Positions 20,866 through 29,813 of a DNA stretch of 64,000 bases are shown here, piece after piece. The stretch lies in assembly GCA_001771505.1 (NCBI GenBank), contig MEUA01000005.1, positions 10,808 to 74,807 of the forward strand, written 5' to 3'. Within the stretch, counting starts at the first letter, position 1. Each line of letters starts with the position of its first letter. A program made the translations under genes and the position numbers. Origin of the DNA: a candidate division WOR-1 bacterium RIFOXYB2_FULL_36_35. GTDB taxonomy: Bacteria; Margulisbacteria; WOR-1; XYC2-FULL-46-14; XYC2-FULL-37-10. Below the pieces are notes generated by a model. The model was not told the DNA's origin. It saw nothing but the letters and a program-made list of their open reading frames with translations, and did not search any database.

Positions 20866-21595
20866 ACAGATTTTTTATTTTGTCTTTTTTCATAACATCT
20901 CTTACAATTGCCAGGTCTTCTGGTGTATCAACACTGATTTTTGCATCTTTAATTACAACTGCCCTTATTTTAATCCCGTGTTCCAAAATTCTTAAGTATT
21001 CATTATACTCTATAACTTCAAGAGGAGTTGGATCCCAAGAAGAATACTGCAACAAAAATTCTTTCCTAAATGGAACAATAAAACACATTTTCAACATTTC
21101 TCTTACATTTGTCCTGGCATTGCTTGGCAAATCTGCCCTAGAACAGTATAAAATATTTCCTTCCAAATCCAGTACTGCCTTTATATCAGAAGAACTTTCT
21201 TTTTTTGCATAAGATGTAACTCCTACTGAAATGTTAAGAGAAGAGTCTTCTATTAGTGGAGTAATAACCAAATCGATATGATCAGGGCTAACCAAAGGCT
21301 CATCACCCTGAACGTTAACAACAATATCACATTCTATTTGTTGACAAGCCTCGGCAAGACGATCAGATCCTGTTTTATGATGTTTTCCTGTCATGATAAC
21401 TTTAACACCATATTTCTCTCCTGCAACCTTTATCTCGTCACTATCTGTCACCAAATAAACTTCAGAAAGAAGTTTTGACCTTTGAGCTCGTTTGCAAGTA
21501 TGTATCACCATGGGAATTCCTTCTATGTCTATTAAAGCCTTCCTTGGCAACCTGCTTGATTCAAGCCTTGCCGGAACCATACCTACAATTTTCAT
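20858..21595 (-). CDS. KdsB/NeuA-family CMP-ulosonate cytidylyltransferase
   Basis: MKIVGMVPARLESSRLPRKAL, the signature N-terminal motif of the CMP-Kdo / CMP-NeuAc synthetase family. Confidence 0.75.
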   Translation of the reverse strand: MKIVGMVPARLESSRLPRKALIDIEGIPMVIHTCKRAQRSKLLSEVYLVTDSDEIKVAGEKYGVKVIMTGKHHKTGSDRLAEACQQIECDIVVNVQGDEPLVSPDHIDLVITPLIEDSSLNISVGVTSYAKKESSSDIKAVLDLEGNILYCSRADLPSNARTNVREMLKMCFIVPFRKEFLLQYSSWDPTPLEVIEYNEYLRILEHGIKIRAVVIKDAKISVDTPEDLAIVRDVMKKDKIKNLYV

Positions 21596-21602
21596 TTATC
21601 TC

Positions 21603-22373
21603 TTACACTCCCTTAAAATCTTGAATTATTTTTTTAAAAATCCTAAAAAGCTCGGTTACTTCCAAAGAATAAGTTATAAACTGTATTCCAATTTCCTTAA
21701 ACCATTTAAGCTGTTCTTGATTGTCAGTAAAAGCTCCAACAGAAATTCCTTTCTCTCTCACCTTAGCAACAGCTCTTAAAACGGCATCTTTTACTTTTGG
21801 GTGAGTTATTTGTCCTGGCAAACCAATTGATTGGGAAATATCACAAAGCCCTAAGTAAATAACATCAATATCTTTATCCTCAATAATAGAATCAAGGTTT
21901 TCTAGTCCATTTTTACCTTCTACAATAAAAATACTCATAGTCTCTTCATTGGCTTTTTTAGTATGAAGAGTAAGATCAGAGGGTGAATAACCTGCAGAAC
22001 GAGTGAAAGGAGAAAAGCCACGATTTCCTATGGGAAAATATTTAATAGACTGTAATGCCTTTTCTTTATCTGCCCTGTTTTCAATATGTGGAACCACAAC
22101 TCCATACGCCCCAATGTCTAAAGCTCGCAGTATATCTGATTCATCGTTTTTTGGGACACGAATAAAAGGTGTACAGCCCTCAACTTCAGATGCTCGAATC
22201 ATACCCTCTGCAGTTTCAAAACTAATAGGCCCATGTTCCATATCTATTATTACAAAATCCAAGCCCGAAGCTCCCAAAACATTAACAGAAGATTCTGAAG
22301 GTAAAATACACCAAGTACCTAAAAGAATTTCTCCTTTTTTTAATTTTTCCTTAATAATATTCTTTCTTATCAT
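21603..22373 (-). CDS. HpcH/HpaI-family class II (pyruvate-specific) aldolase
   Basis: A TIM-barrel pattern, EHGPISFETAEGMIRA ... PFIRVP ... VEGKNGLENLD, typical of 2-keto-3-deoxy-acid aldolases. Confidence 0.7.
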   Translation of the reverse strand: MIRKNIIKEKLKKGEILLGTWCILPSESSVNVLGASGLDFVIIDMEHGPISFETAEGMIRASEVEGCTPFIRVPKNDESDILRALDIGAYGVVVPHIENRADKEKALQSIKYFPIGNRGFSPFTRSAGYSPSDLTLHTKKANEETMSIFIVEGKNGLENLDSIIEDKDIDVIYLGLCDISQSIGLPGQITHPKVKDAVLRAVAKVREKGISVGAFTDNQEQLKWFKEIGIQFITYSLEVTELFRIFKKIIQDFKGV

Positions 22374-22388
22374 ATATTTATTTTCTCC

Positions 22389-23144
22389 TTAAAAAACTTC
22401 TATTTTAGAAACATCATCAATTAAGAATTTAGTTAAAGCGCCTAACTGTTCTTTTGGAGTTATCCCAGAAGAAACAGCAATAGATGCTTTTACTTTTGCA
22501 TTATCACCCATTTTTATATCTGTTATGGCATCCCCGATCATCACACTTTCTTCTTTTTTAATATTCAATTTCTTTGTAATATAATCAATCATGTCTGAAG
22601 CAGGCTTAGGATTGTCAACTGCATCACAACCAATAATACAGGCAAATTTATCAGTTAATTTTAAGTAATCCATAGACAACTCAGCCCTTGATGTTTTATC
22701 TGTAGTTGCAATGGCTAGTTTGCAAGATTTTGAATGTAAAGAATCAATTAAACTCAACATTCCATTTATTGGTTTTATCAAACCATCCAACTTGTTTTCT
22801 GTTTGAACATCAATATCTTTAAAACAATCCAAACAAACTTCATAAGCTTTTTTATACCCTTTTGCCTCTAAATAATCAACAGCCGCCTGCATAACTATTT
22901 CTCTCTTTTTGATCCCAACGGGTCCTTCTGGACGAAGACAATTATTTTCTTGGTCAACCCCCATCTCAAAAACAATCCGGTTTGTATCATCTTTTGATAA
23001 AAAAAACTTTTCTGATATAAGATAAGCCCGCATCTTTATCATTTGAGACCAATAATGATACAAATCAATTAATGTACCATCCCTGTCAAAAATGACTAAA
23101 TTAATATTATTAATAATTTCGTTATTAACTTTTAAATTAACCAC
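22389..23144 (-). CDS. HAD-superfamily hydrolase (phosphatase)
   Basis: Motif I VIFDRDGTLID (DxD), plus later K and DD motifs. Confidence 0.65.
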   Translation of the reverse strand: MVNLKVNNEIINNINLVIFDRDGTLIDLYHYWSQMIKMRAYLISEKFFLSKDDTNRIVFEMGVDQENNCLRPEGPVGIKKREIVMQAAVDYLEAKGYKKAYEVCLDCFKDIDVQTENKLDGLIKPINGMLSLIDSLHSKSCKLAIATTDKTSRAELSMDYLKLTDKFACIIGCDAVDNPKPASDMIDYITKKLNIKKEESVMIGDAITDIKMGDNAKVKASIAVSSGITPKEQLGALTKFLIDDVSKIEVF

Positions 23145-24141
23145 TAATTGCCTCCAAATTTTGATCGACTAATTTTTTTGCAATCACAAGCCCTTTTTTT
23201 AAAATCCTCAAATCACTGTCAAAATCTTTATGATTTATAAATTCAGCAACCAGTTTACGGGCATAAGTCCCAATGGAAACCCCATTAACTTTAACCCCAC
23301 AAAGATGACAAAGTTCACCTGTTCTACTATTAGTACCACCTGAAGCCAAAATAATAACCGGCAATTTACTTTTTCTTACAATATCAGAAATTGCAACTGC
23401 CTGAAGAGTAGTATTGTAATCATCGCTTCCCCCACTCATTGGAACGCCATCTGCTTGAATAATCATTCTATCAGGAGCAAAAGCCAAAGCATCCTTTATT
23501 CTCTTCAAAAGATGTATATCAGACAATTGTGAACGATCTAAACACATACTAATATAATTATTTTTTAAATACTTATTCACCAATTTCCAATCCTGCATGA
23601 CAGAATCATCATCGGAAATAATTGCATGCAATTCAAATGTTTCCACTCCATTTACTAAACAAGCAGGGAGTATTTTATCTAATTCTCTCCTTTTATCAAA
23701 AAACTGAACTGCGCTTGAAGGGCAAATTTTTGAACATTCACCACAACCGATACAACGTTTTTCTATTATTTGATGCTCATTACTAATTGCATTTTGAACA
23801 CACACAGACAAACAAGCCCCGCAATGGAGACACTTGGCCTGGGCAACATTCGCTTTCCTAATATGAGGATCACCACGCATACCAATGCTAACATTAATAA
23901 ATGGTCTTGTTCTAAGCTCTATTCCAAGTTTTGGCGCAATCTCGTAGGCTTGATTAACTCCAAGGACAGAACTTTTTACTACATCAAGATTTGCTGAAAT
24001 ATCAATACCAAGTGCGCCAGCTAAAGTATAAAGAAGAGACAACTTTCGAACCTCTTCTGCATCTTCATTTCCAGCTCCACACACAATTTTAAAGTATTGA
24101 CTCTTCTCAAAAATCGATTTTAACTCTTCAAATCTATTCAT
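23137..24141 (-). CDS. 4Fe-4S dicluster (ferredoxin-type) domain protein with an additional uncharacterised domain
   Basis: Two CxxCxxCxxxCP motifs, CLHCGACLSVC and CIGCGECSKICP. The flanking ~250 aa are unrecognised. Confidence 0.6.
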   Translation of the reverse strand: MNRFEELKSIFEKSQYFKIVCGAGNEDAEEVRKLSLLYTLAGALGIDISANLDVVKSSVLGVNQAYEIAPKLGIELRTRPFINVSIGMRGDPHIRKANVAQAKCLHCGACLSVCVQNAISNEHQIIEKRCIGCGECSKICPSSAVQFFDKRRELDKILPACLVNGVETFELHAIISDDDSVMQDWKLVNKYLKNNYISMCLDRSQLSDIHLLKRIKDALAFAPDRMIIQADGVPMSGGSDDYNTTLQAVAISDIVRKSKLPVIILASGGTNSRTGELCHLCGVKVNGVSIGTYARKLVAEFINHKDFDSDLRILKKGLVIAKKLVDQNLEAISG

Positions 24142-25853
24142 AAGTAATTATTTATCCCTTTGTAAAACTTCCTATAATTTGTAGGAGTAATAATGTGAAT
24201 CCCTTCCCCTCCCTTACCACACAGATATTCCTCAATTTCCTCCAAATGCTTTAAATTTCCAAAATGTTTATCCAAAATCACATCTCTATCCCCAGTTTCA
24301 TCATTTTCTTTATAAAAATGAACATCCCCATCAGCAGTAGCGCGCATATAACCATCAAGTCCTGCGACAAAAATACGTTTTGCTCCAAAAACCCATGATA
24401 AAGCAATTAAGAAGATAGAAACAGTTCTGCAATTTGAACTAATTAATCCATCTTTGATATCAAAGGCAACATCATCTAGATCATTATAATAAATAAGTTC
24501 ATACTCGCGTCTTACATAATCATCAATCATCTCCTTTGGAATATGTTGACCAATTAAAAGCTTAGATTTGAGAGAAACAGTATCCACATAGTCAACAAAC
24601 CGACGCTTATTGGTAAATAAGTGATAATCAGGAACAAAAAGCCCTCCTAAGTAATTAGCCCCTAAAACTATTGGTTTGTACTTTTCAATAAAAAGAGAAA
24701 TTAAGTCTTTATACTTTTTTAAACTTGGTCCATTTGCCAAAACCAAAAAATCTGACCCATTATGTCTATTAACATAAGAAATTTTGTCACTGTTTTCGTT
24801 TATCCCTTTTTGTTCATTTTCAGCAGGTTTTAAAGCCTTTTTCTTGCCAAATAGTCCATCACGAATAATTTGATCAACAATGTCTTTTTTAAAGCCTATT
24901 GGTTTCTTGGCTTTTATGACTTCAAAAATATTCCAGATATCTTCAATGTCATACTCTTTTCGCTCAACCAAATTTTTAGCATAGTTTGGATGACATTCAT
25001 TAATACCTGAAAGCATATAGGGTAAATTATATCCCCAAAAGTTTTTTTCTTTTAGTTCAACAAAAAATCGATCAATCAAATTTAATACTGGGATTACGTT
25101 ATACTTGCCTGGCATCATTTGATGAAAATAGGAAAGTAAAATTTCTGTTGGTAAATTACCAGCACCACGCCCCATACCAAAAACAGAAGAATCAACAATA
25201 TCTACTCCAGCATCAATTGCAGCAAAAGTATTAGCAAAAGACATTAGTAAATTATTATGTGGATGAAATCCTAATTTAAAGTTTCTATCCTTTAACAAAG
25301 GGGTAAACAACTCTTTTATTTCATGAGGAAACATGGACCCATAGCTATCAGCTATATATACGTAATCTATCCCCTCTTGATTAATTAAAAAAACTAATTC
25401 ATTTAACTCGTCAGTAGAATAACTAATGTATCCCATCAAATTTACAGACACTAAAAAGCCAAGTCTTTTTATTTGTCCCGCAATATTAACTGCTTCCTTT
25501 GCTTTATCTTTATGAAAGGCCAACCTAATTAATGAAACATTGGTACCAAGATATTGGTTTAAATCATTTAAATCAAACTTACCATAATCAACCATTAAAG
25601 CAATTTTTGCCCCATTTATTCCTCCTGTAACACTTTTTATATCTTCAAAAGAAGTAAAACGAAATCTCCCAAACTTTTTAGGATCAAAAAAATGTTCTAC
25701 TCCATGATAGCCCAATTCTATATAATCAATACCAGCTTTTGAGAGTGCTCGATAGGTTTCACGTACTAATTTGAGATCAAAATCCCAATTGTTAACATAT
25801 CCCCCATCACGAATGGTACAATCAAGAATTTCTATTTTATTCTTATCCTTCAC
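24138..25853 (-). CDS. fusion protein: N-terminal HMGL-like (DRE-TIM metallolyase / pyruvate carboxyltransferase) aldolase domain + C-terminal CstII/Maf (DUF115)-like sialyltransferase-like domain
   Basis: N-terminal ILDCTIRDGGY ... FHPHNN (DRE-TIM family). C-terminal VLANGPSLKKY ... VAGLDGY resembles the GNGPSL and SGIDFY regions of GT42 sialyltransferases and Maf proteins. Confidence 0.45.
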   Translation of the reverse strand: MKDKNKIEILDCTIRDGGYVNNWDFDLKLVRETYRALSKAGIDYIELGYHGVEHFFDPKKFGRFRFTSFEDIKSVTGGINGAKIALMVDYGKFDLNDLNQYLGTNVSLIRLAFHKDKAKEAVNIAGQIKRLGFLVSVNLMGYISYSTDELNELVFLINQEGIDYVYIADSYGSMFPHEIKELFTPLLKDRNFKLGFHPHNNLLMSFANTFAAIDAGVDIVDSSVFGMGRGAGNLPTEILLSYFHQMMPGKYNVIPVLNLIDRFFVELKEKNFWGYNLPYMLSGINECHPNYAKNLVERKEYDIEDIWNIFEVIKAKKPIGFKKDIVDQIIRDGLFGKKKALKPAENEQKGINENSDKISYVNRHNGSDFLVLANGPSLKKYKDLISLFIEKYKPIVLGANYLGGLFVPDYHLFTNKRRFVDYVDTVSLKSKLLIGQHIPKEMIDDYVRREYELIYYNDLDDVAFDIKDGLISSNCRTVSIFLIALSWVFGAKRIFVAGLDGYMRATADGDVHFYKENDETGDRDVILDKHFGNLKHLEEIEEYLCGKGGEGIHIITPTNYRKFYKGINNYL

Positions 25854-27681
25854 AGGCTACCTCTTTTCGAACAAACTGGTTCGACAAACTACTTCTTTCT
25901 TTATTATATATTGCCCAATAAAACCCTTTCATTGAAAGAAGCTCTTCATGTTTTCCCTCCTCAACAACCTCTCCCTTTTCAAGCACAATAATTTTGTCAG
26001 AATCAATCACTGTAGAAAGCCGATGAGCTATAACAATAACAGTTCTATTTCTAGAAATATTATTTATTGCTTTTTGAACTATTGCTTCTGAAATGTTGTC
26101 TAAAGAACTTGTAGCTTCATCTAAAATAAGTATTTCAGGTTTATGAACCAAAGCTCTAGCAATTGCAATACGCTGCCTCTGCCCTCCAGATAATTTCATT
26201 CCCCTATCTCCAACAACAGTTTCATATCCGTCAGCAAGAGATGCTACAAAGTCATGAACATTCGCATCTTTTGCAGCTTGAATAATCTCATTCATATCAA
26301 CATTTAGACCAAAAGCAATATTCTCTGCAAGTGACGCATTAAATATAAAGGTATCTTGAGTAACAAATCCTATTTTTGAAAGCCAGGAACTTATTTTACA
26401 ATCTTTAATATCTATGCCATCAATTAAAATTCTGCCATAATTAACATCAAAAAGCCTTATAATTAAATCTGCAATCGTAGACTTGCCCGCGCCAGAATGA
26501 CCAACAATAGCAGTCATTTTCCCCTTTTCAAAAGAAAGCTTCAATCCCTTCAACACTCCTTTACGCCCAGGATAAGAAAAACTTACATCCTCAAATTTTA
26601 TCTCTTTCTTAAATTCTTTTATCTCCTCGGGCCCATCCTTAATTTGCTTAATATTCTTATTTAAAAGTGAGTAAAGAATTTCTACAATAGGCAAAGTTCC
26701 CATAATTTGAATTCTCAAATTCCCAAGTTGTGAAAGAGAAGGCATTATTTTTTGAAAAGCATACGCAAATGTCCCAAGTATTGGCAAAATAACTGCAAAA
26801 TCAGCAGAATATAAAACTTTGGCTAAAATCAGCAATAACGATAAAAGCACGATAGTCATCGTATCCAATAAATACCCTGGTATAAGTGAGAACTCCCTAT
26901 CTTTTTTTGCCAATTTAAAATAGTCCTGCATAGCTGCAAAAAAGTTCTTTATCCAACGATTTTCAGAAGAAAACACTTTTATTTGTCTTATCCCGCTTAT
27001 TGTTTCACCAAGTAAAACATTTTGTTTCTCACAAGCCACCACTCGCCCCTTCCCCATGTTGTAAGAAATATTACTTGCTATATACTTAGTTAAATAATAA
27101 TATAAAACACCGACCAAAATTATCGCGCCTGATGCATAAGGTGAAATCCCGATCAAAATAAACCCAACTGCCAATAATTTAGCAAACTCTGAAAGAGCTT
27201 GAGGTAAATAAGTAAGAATACTGCCAAGGGACGATGGCGCAGAATAAACCCGATATATAATTTCTCCTTGTTTATGATCAAGGAAATACTGATAATCTGC
27301 AGAAATACATTTTACAAATACTTTTTCTTGAATGTCCTGCCAAACTTTAAAGCCAGCAACAGAACTAACAATGCTCTGTAAATATCCAAACCCATTCTTA
27401 AAAATTACTGAAAAAATAAGCAATAGACAAGAGCTAATAAGTTTGTCTTTTATAGGAAAAAAATTTAAAATAAAAGTTATTATCTTGGCAATTCCTCCTG
27501 CATCAGCATTAATTCCAACCGCAGAATTTAATATTGAGAATAATATCAATACATTGATACCATCAAAAAAAGAACTCGCAAAAGTTAATATAGTAATTCC
27601 AAAAATATAATGCGGATACGGCTTTAAAAAATACCAACATATTTTCAAGCGAGGATTATTTATAAAATTTAAGAATTTCAT
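25843..27681 (-). CDS. ABC exporter, fused TMD-NBD (MsbA/PglK-like lipid-linked glycan or lipid flippase type)
   Basis: Six predicted N-terminal TM helices. Walker A GHSGAGKST, signature LSGGQRQRIAIARAL, Walker B ILILDEATSSLD. Confidence 0.85.
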   Translation of the reverse strand: MKFLNFINNPRLKICWYFLKPYPHYIFGITILTFASSFFDGINVLILFSILNSAVGINADAGGIAKIITFILNFFPIKDKLISSCLLLIFSVIFKNGFGYLQSIVSSVAGFKVWQDIQEKVFVKCISADYQYFLDHKQGEIIYRVYSAPSSLGSILTYLPQALSEFAKLLAVGFILIGISPYASGAIILVGVLYYYLTKYIASNISYNMGKGRVVACEKQNVLLGETISGIRQIKVFSSENRWIKNFFAAMQDYFKLAKKDREFSLIPGYLLDTMTIVLLSLLLILAKVLYSADFAVILPILGTFAYAFQKIMPSLSQLGNLRIQIMGTLPIVEILYSLLNKNIKQIKDGPEEIKEFKKEIKFEDVSFSYPGRKGVLKGLKLSFEKGKMTAIVGHSGAGKSTIADLIIRLFDVNYGRILIDGIDIKDCKISSWLSKIGFVTQDTFIFNASLAENIAFGLNVDMNEIIQAAKDANVHDFVASLADGYETVVGDRGMKLSGGQRQRIAIARALVHKPEILILDEATSSLDNISEAIVQKAINNISRNRTVIVIAHRLSTVIDSDKIIVLEKGEVVEEGKHEELLSMKGFYWAIYNKERSSLSNQFVRKEVACEG

Positions 27682-27691
27682 TATTTAATTG

Positions 27692-28702
27692 CTAATTCCT
27701 TTTCCTGGCTAACATTGTCATATTGCTACTAAGGTTGTTATCAGATAAAAATTCCTGAAATTTTTTCTTAATATTATCTTTAGCATTCAAAATAAATTCC
27801 GTAAATTTATCAATATTAAGACCAATTTTCTCTTTGTACTTATTTTCCAAAATATTAACATCCAACTGTCCAGGAGTTTGAACTTCTATCACATCAAAAC
27901 CACACGCATTTAATAATATAGACAAAGAAAAAATATTAAAATAATTCAAATGATTTGGAGCATTAATATTATCAGACAACCTTCCTAAAAGTAATAGATC
28001 AAATCCCAAAATATTAGGAGTTGTAAGATAAAGCAATCCATTTGGCCTTAAATGACTATAAGCCTTTAAAATAAATTCTTTAGGCGAAAACAGGTGTTCT
28101 ATTAATTCAAAGGCCACAATAACATCCGCCTCAGCTTCATATCCAGAAAATTCCTCAAAGACACCTTCGTAAACATCTATTCCGCGATTTACACACAATT
28201 TACAAGCTTGAGTAGACGGCTCAATGTTTAAATGTTTTTTAAAATTACCACTTTTTTCTTTAAGTTTTTCTAAAAAAAGCCCGTTTCCGCCTCCAATCTC
28301 AATAATCATTTCTCTATTATCACAATATCTATCCAATAAATTTAAAAACATATTGACCCGGGGTAGGAAAATTTTTTCTTTTCTAATTTCCGCTGTTTTT
28401 TCTAGAACTTCTGACATGAATAAACTTATAGATTCTGCTTCAGAATAAAATTTGGCCAAAACTTCTTTTTTGGGCCTTGGGTTCACAAATAATGTATTGC
28501 AATCACATCTAAAAAAACTAAAAGATTCTTTTTTAAATTCAATCGTTGCTTTTGTTTCCCCGCATGCAGGACAATCAATATAAACCATTCTATCAATATC
28601 AAGTTCATTAGAGTCATTCATAAAGAACTTTTTGATATCTAAATTATGTTTTTCTGTAATCATTTTAAGTGTATCTTTAGGTCTTATTTCTTCTTCTTTC
28701 AT
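27692..28702 (-). CDS. class I SAM-dependent methyltransferase with N-terminal zinc-ribbon
   Basis: CPACGE ... CDCN ribbon, then IIEIGGGNGLFLEKL motif I. Confidence 0.6.
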   Translation of the reverse strand: MKEEEIRPKDTLKMITEKHNLDIKKFFMNDSNELDIDRMVYIDCPACGETKATIEFKKESFSFFRCDCNTLFVNPRPKKEVLAKFYSEAESISLFMSEVLEKTAEIRKEKIFLPRVNMFLNLLDRYCDNREMIIEIGGGNGLFLEKLKEKSGNFKKHLNIEPSTQACKLCVNRGIDVYEGVFEEFSGYEAEADVIVAFELIEHLFSPKEFILKAYSHLRPNGLLYLTTPNILGFDLLLLGRLSDNINAPNHLNYFNIFSLSILLNACGFDVIEVQTPGQLDVNILENKYKEKIGLNIDKFTEFILNAKDNIKKKFQEFLSDNNLSSNMTMLARKRN

Positions 28703-28763
28703 TCATTTCTTCCTTTGATTTTTATATAGTAAACATTAATATAAAATAATTTATTTTTTTGTT

Positions 28764-29813
28764 TTACTCAATTACAAGATCCCAAGTTATCGGGGTTCCT
28801 TTCTTTGTATTTTTAGAAATTTTTTTACCCAATAAATCATTTATATGTTTTGGAGAAATTCCGCCAGCAGGTCTAATAGATTTTAAATTATCTAAAGTGA
28901 ATAGATCTCCTGCTTTCATATCATTTACAACATAAAGTGAACGCCTAAATCTCATTGTTTTTTTCTCTTCGGCAGTAGGGATATAATTAACCGTCCCCAA
29001 TGCTTGCCATGCACGTTCAGACTCAATCACTAAATCATGCATCTCTTGTGGCTCCATTGAAAAGGCTGAATCAATTCCTCCATCAACTCGTGATAACGTA
29101 AAGTGCTTCTCAATAACTGTTGCACCTAAAGCAACACTAGCAACAGAAACACCTAGGCCTAAAGTGTGATCAGATATTCCAACAGAACAATTAAATCTAG
29201 CCATCATGTCTGGAATTGTTAATAAATTAGAGCTAGATGGAATTGCAGGATAAGAACTTGTACATTTAAGAAGAACAATCTTGTCATTCCCTTCATTTTT
29301 ACAAGCATCAATAGCTTCTTGAATTTCTTCTATTGTTGCCATCCCTGTAGACATAATTATAGGCTTTCCTGTTGAAGCTATTTTTTTAATTAATGGAATA
29401 TCAACAATTTCAAAAGAAGCTATTTTATAACAAGGAACATTTAAAGATTCCAAAAAGTTAACTGCAGGTTCATCAAACGGAGTGCTAAACCCAATAATTC
29501 CTAATTCTTTACATTTATCAAAAATAGGCTTATGCCATTCCCATGGGGTATAAGCTTCTTTGTATAAATCGTAAAGTTTTTTTCCCTTCCACAGACTATT
29601 AGAGTCATTAATAATAAACCCTTCCGCATTTGAATCAAGTGTCATTAAATCTAACGAAAATGTTTGAAGTTTAAGCGCATCTACTTTACACTTTGCGGCT
29701 GCTTCAACAATATGCAAAGCTCTTTCAATCGACTGATTGTGATTGCCAGACATTTCAGCAATAATGAAAGGTTTAATTTTTTCCCCAATCTTTATATTAA
29801 TACGTTCTTTCAT
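28764..29813 (-). CDS. NeuB-family nonulosonic acid synthase (PseI/LegI/NeuB-like, PEP-dependent), copy 1
   Basis: PFIIAEMSGNHNQSIERALHIVEAAAKCKVDALKLQTF (NeuB N-terminal TIM-barrel motif) and a C-terminal SAF/antifreeze-like domain. Confidence 0.8.
   Translation of the reverse strand: MKERINIKIGEKIKPFIIAEMSGNHNQSIERALHIVEAAAKCKVDALKLQTFSLDLMTLDSNAEGFIINDSNSLWKGKKLYDLYKEAYTPWEWHKPIFDKCKELGIIGFSTPFDEPAVNFLESLNVPCYKIASFEIVDIPLIKKIASTGKPIIMSTGMATIEEIQEAIDACKNEGNDKIVLLKCTSSYPAIPSSSNLLTIPDMMARFNCSVGISDHTLGLGVSVASVALGATVIEKHFTLSRVDGGIDSAFSMEPQEMHDLVIESERAWQALGTVNYIPTAEEKKTMRFRRSLYVVNDMKAGDLFTLDNLKSIRPAGGISPKHINDLLGKKISKNTKKGTPITWDLVIE

Noticed and set aside
23137-27681. Reading the aldolase / HAD / Fe-S / ABC-transporter block as a phosphonate or secondary-metabolite biosynthetic cluster.
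   Set aside because: There is no PEP-mutase-like (isocitrate lyase family) or phosphonopyruvate decarboxylase (ThDP) ORF, and no NRPS/PKS or precursor-peptide genes. Every flanking gene is carbohydrate-related, so the glycan-pathway reading is more parsimonious.
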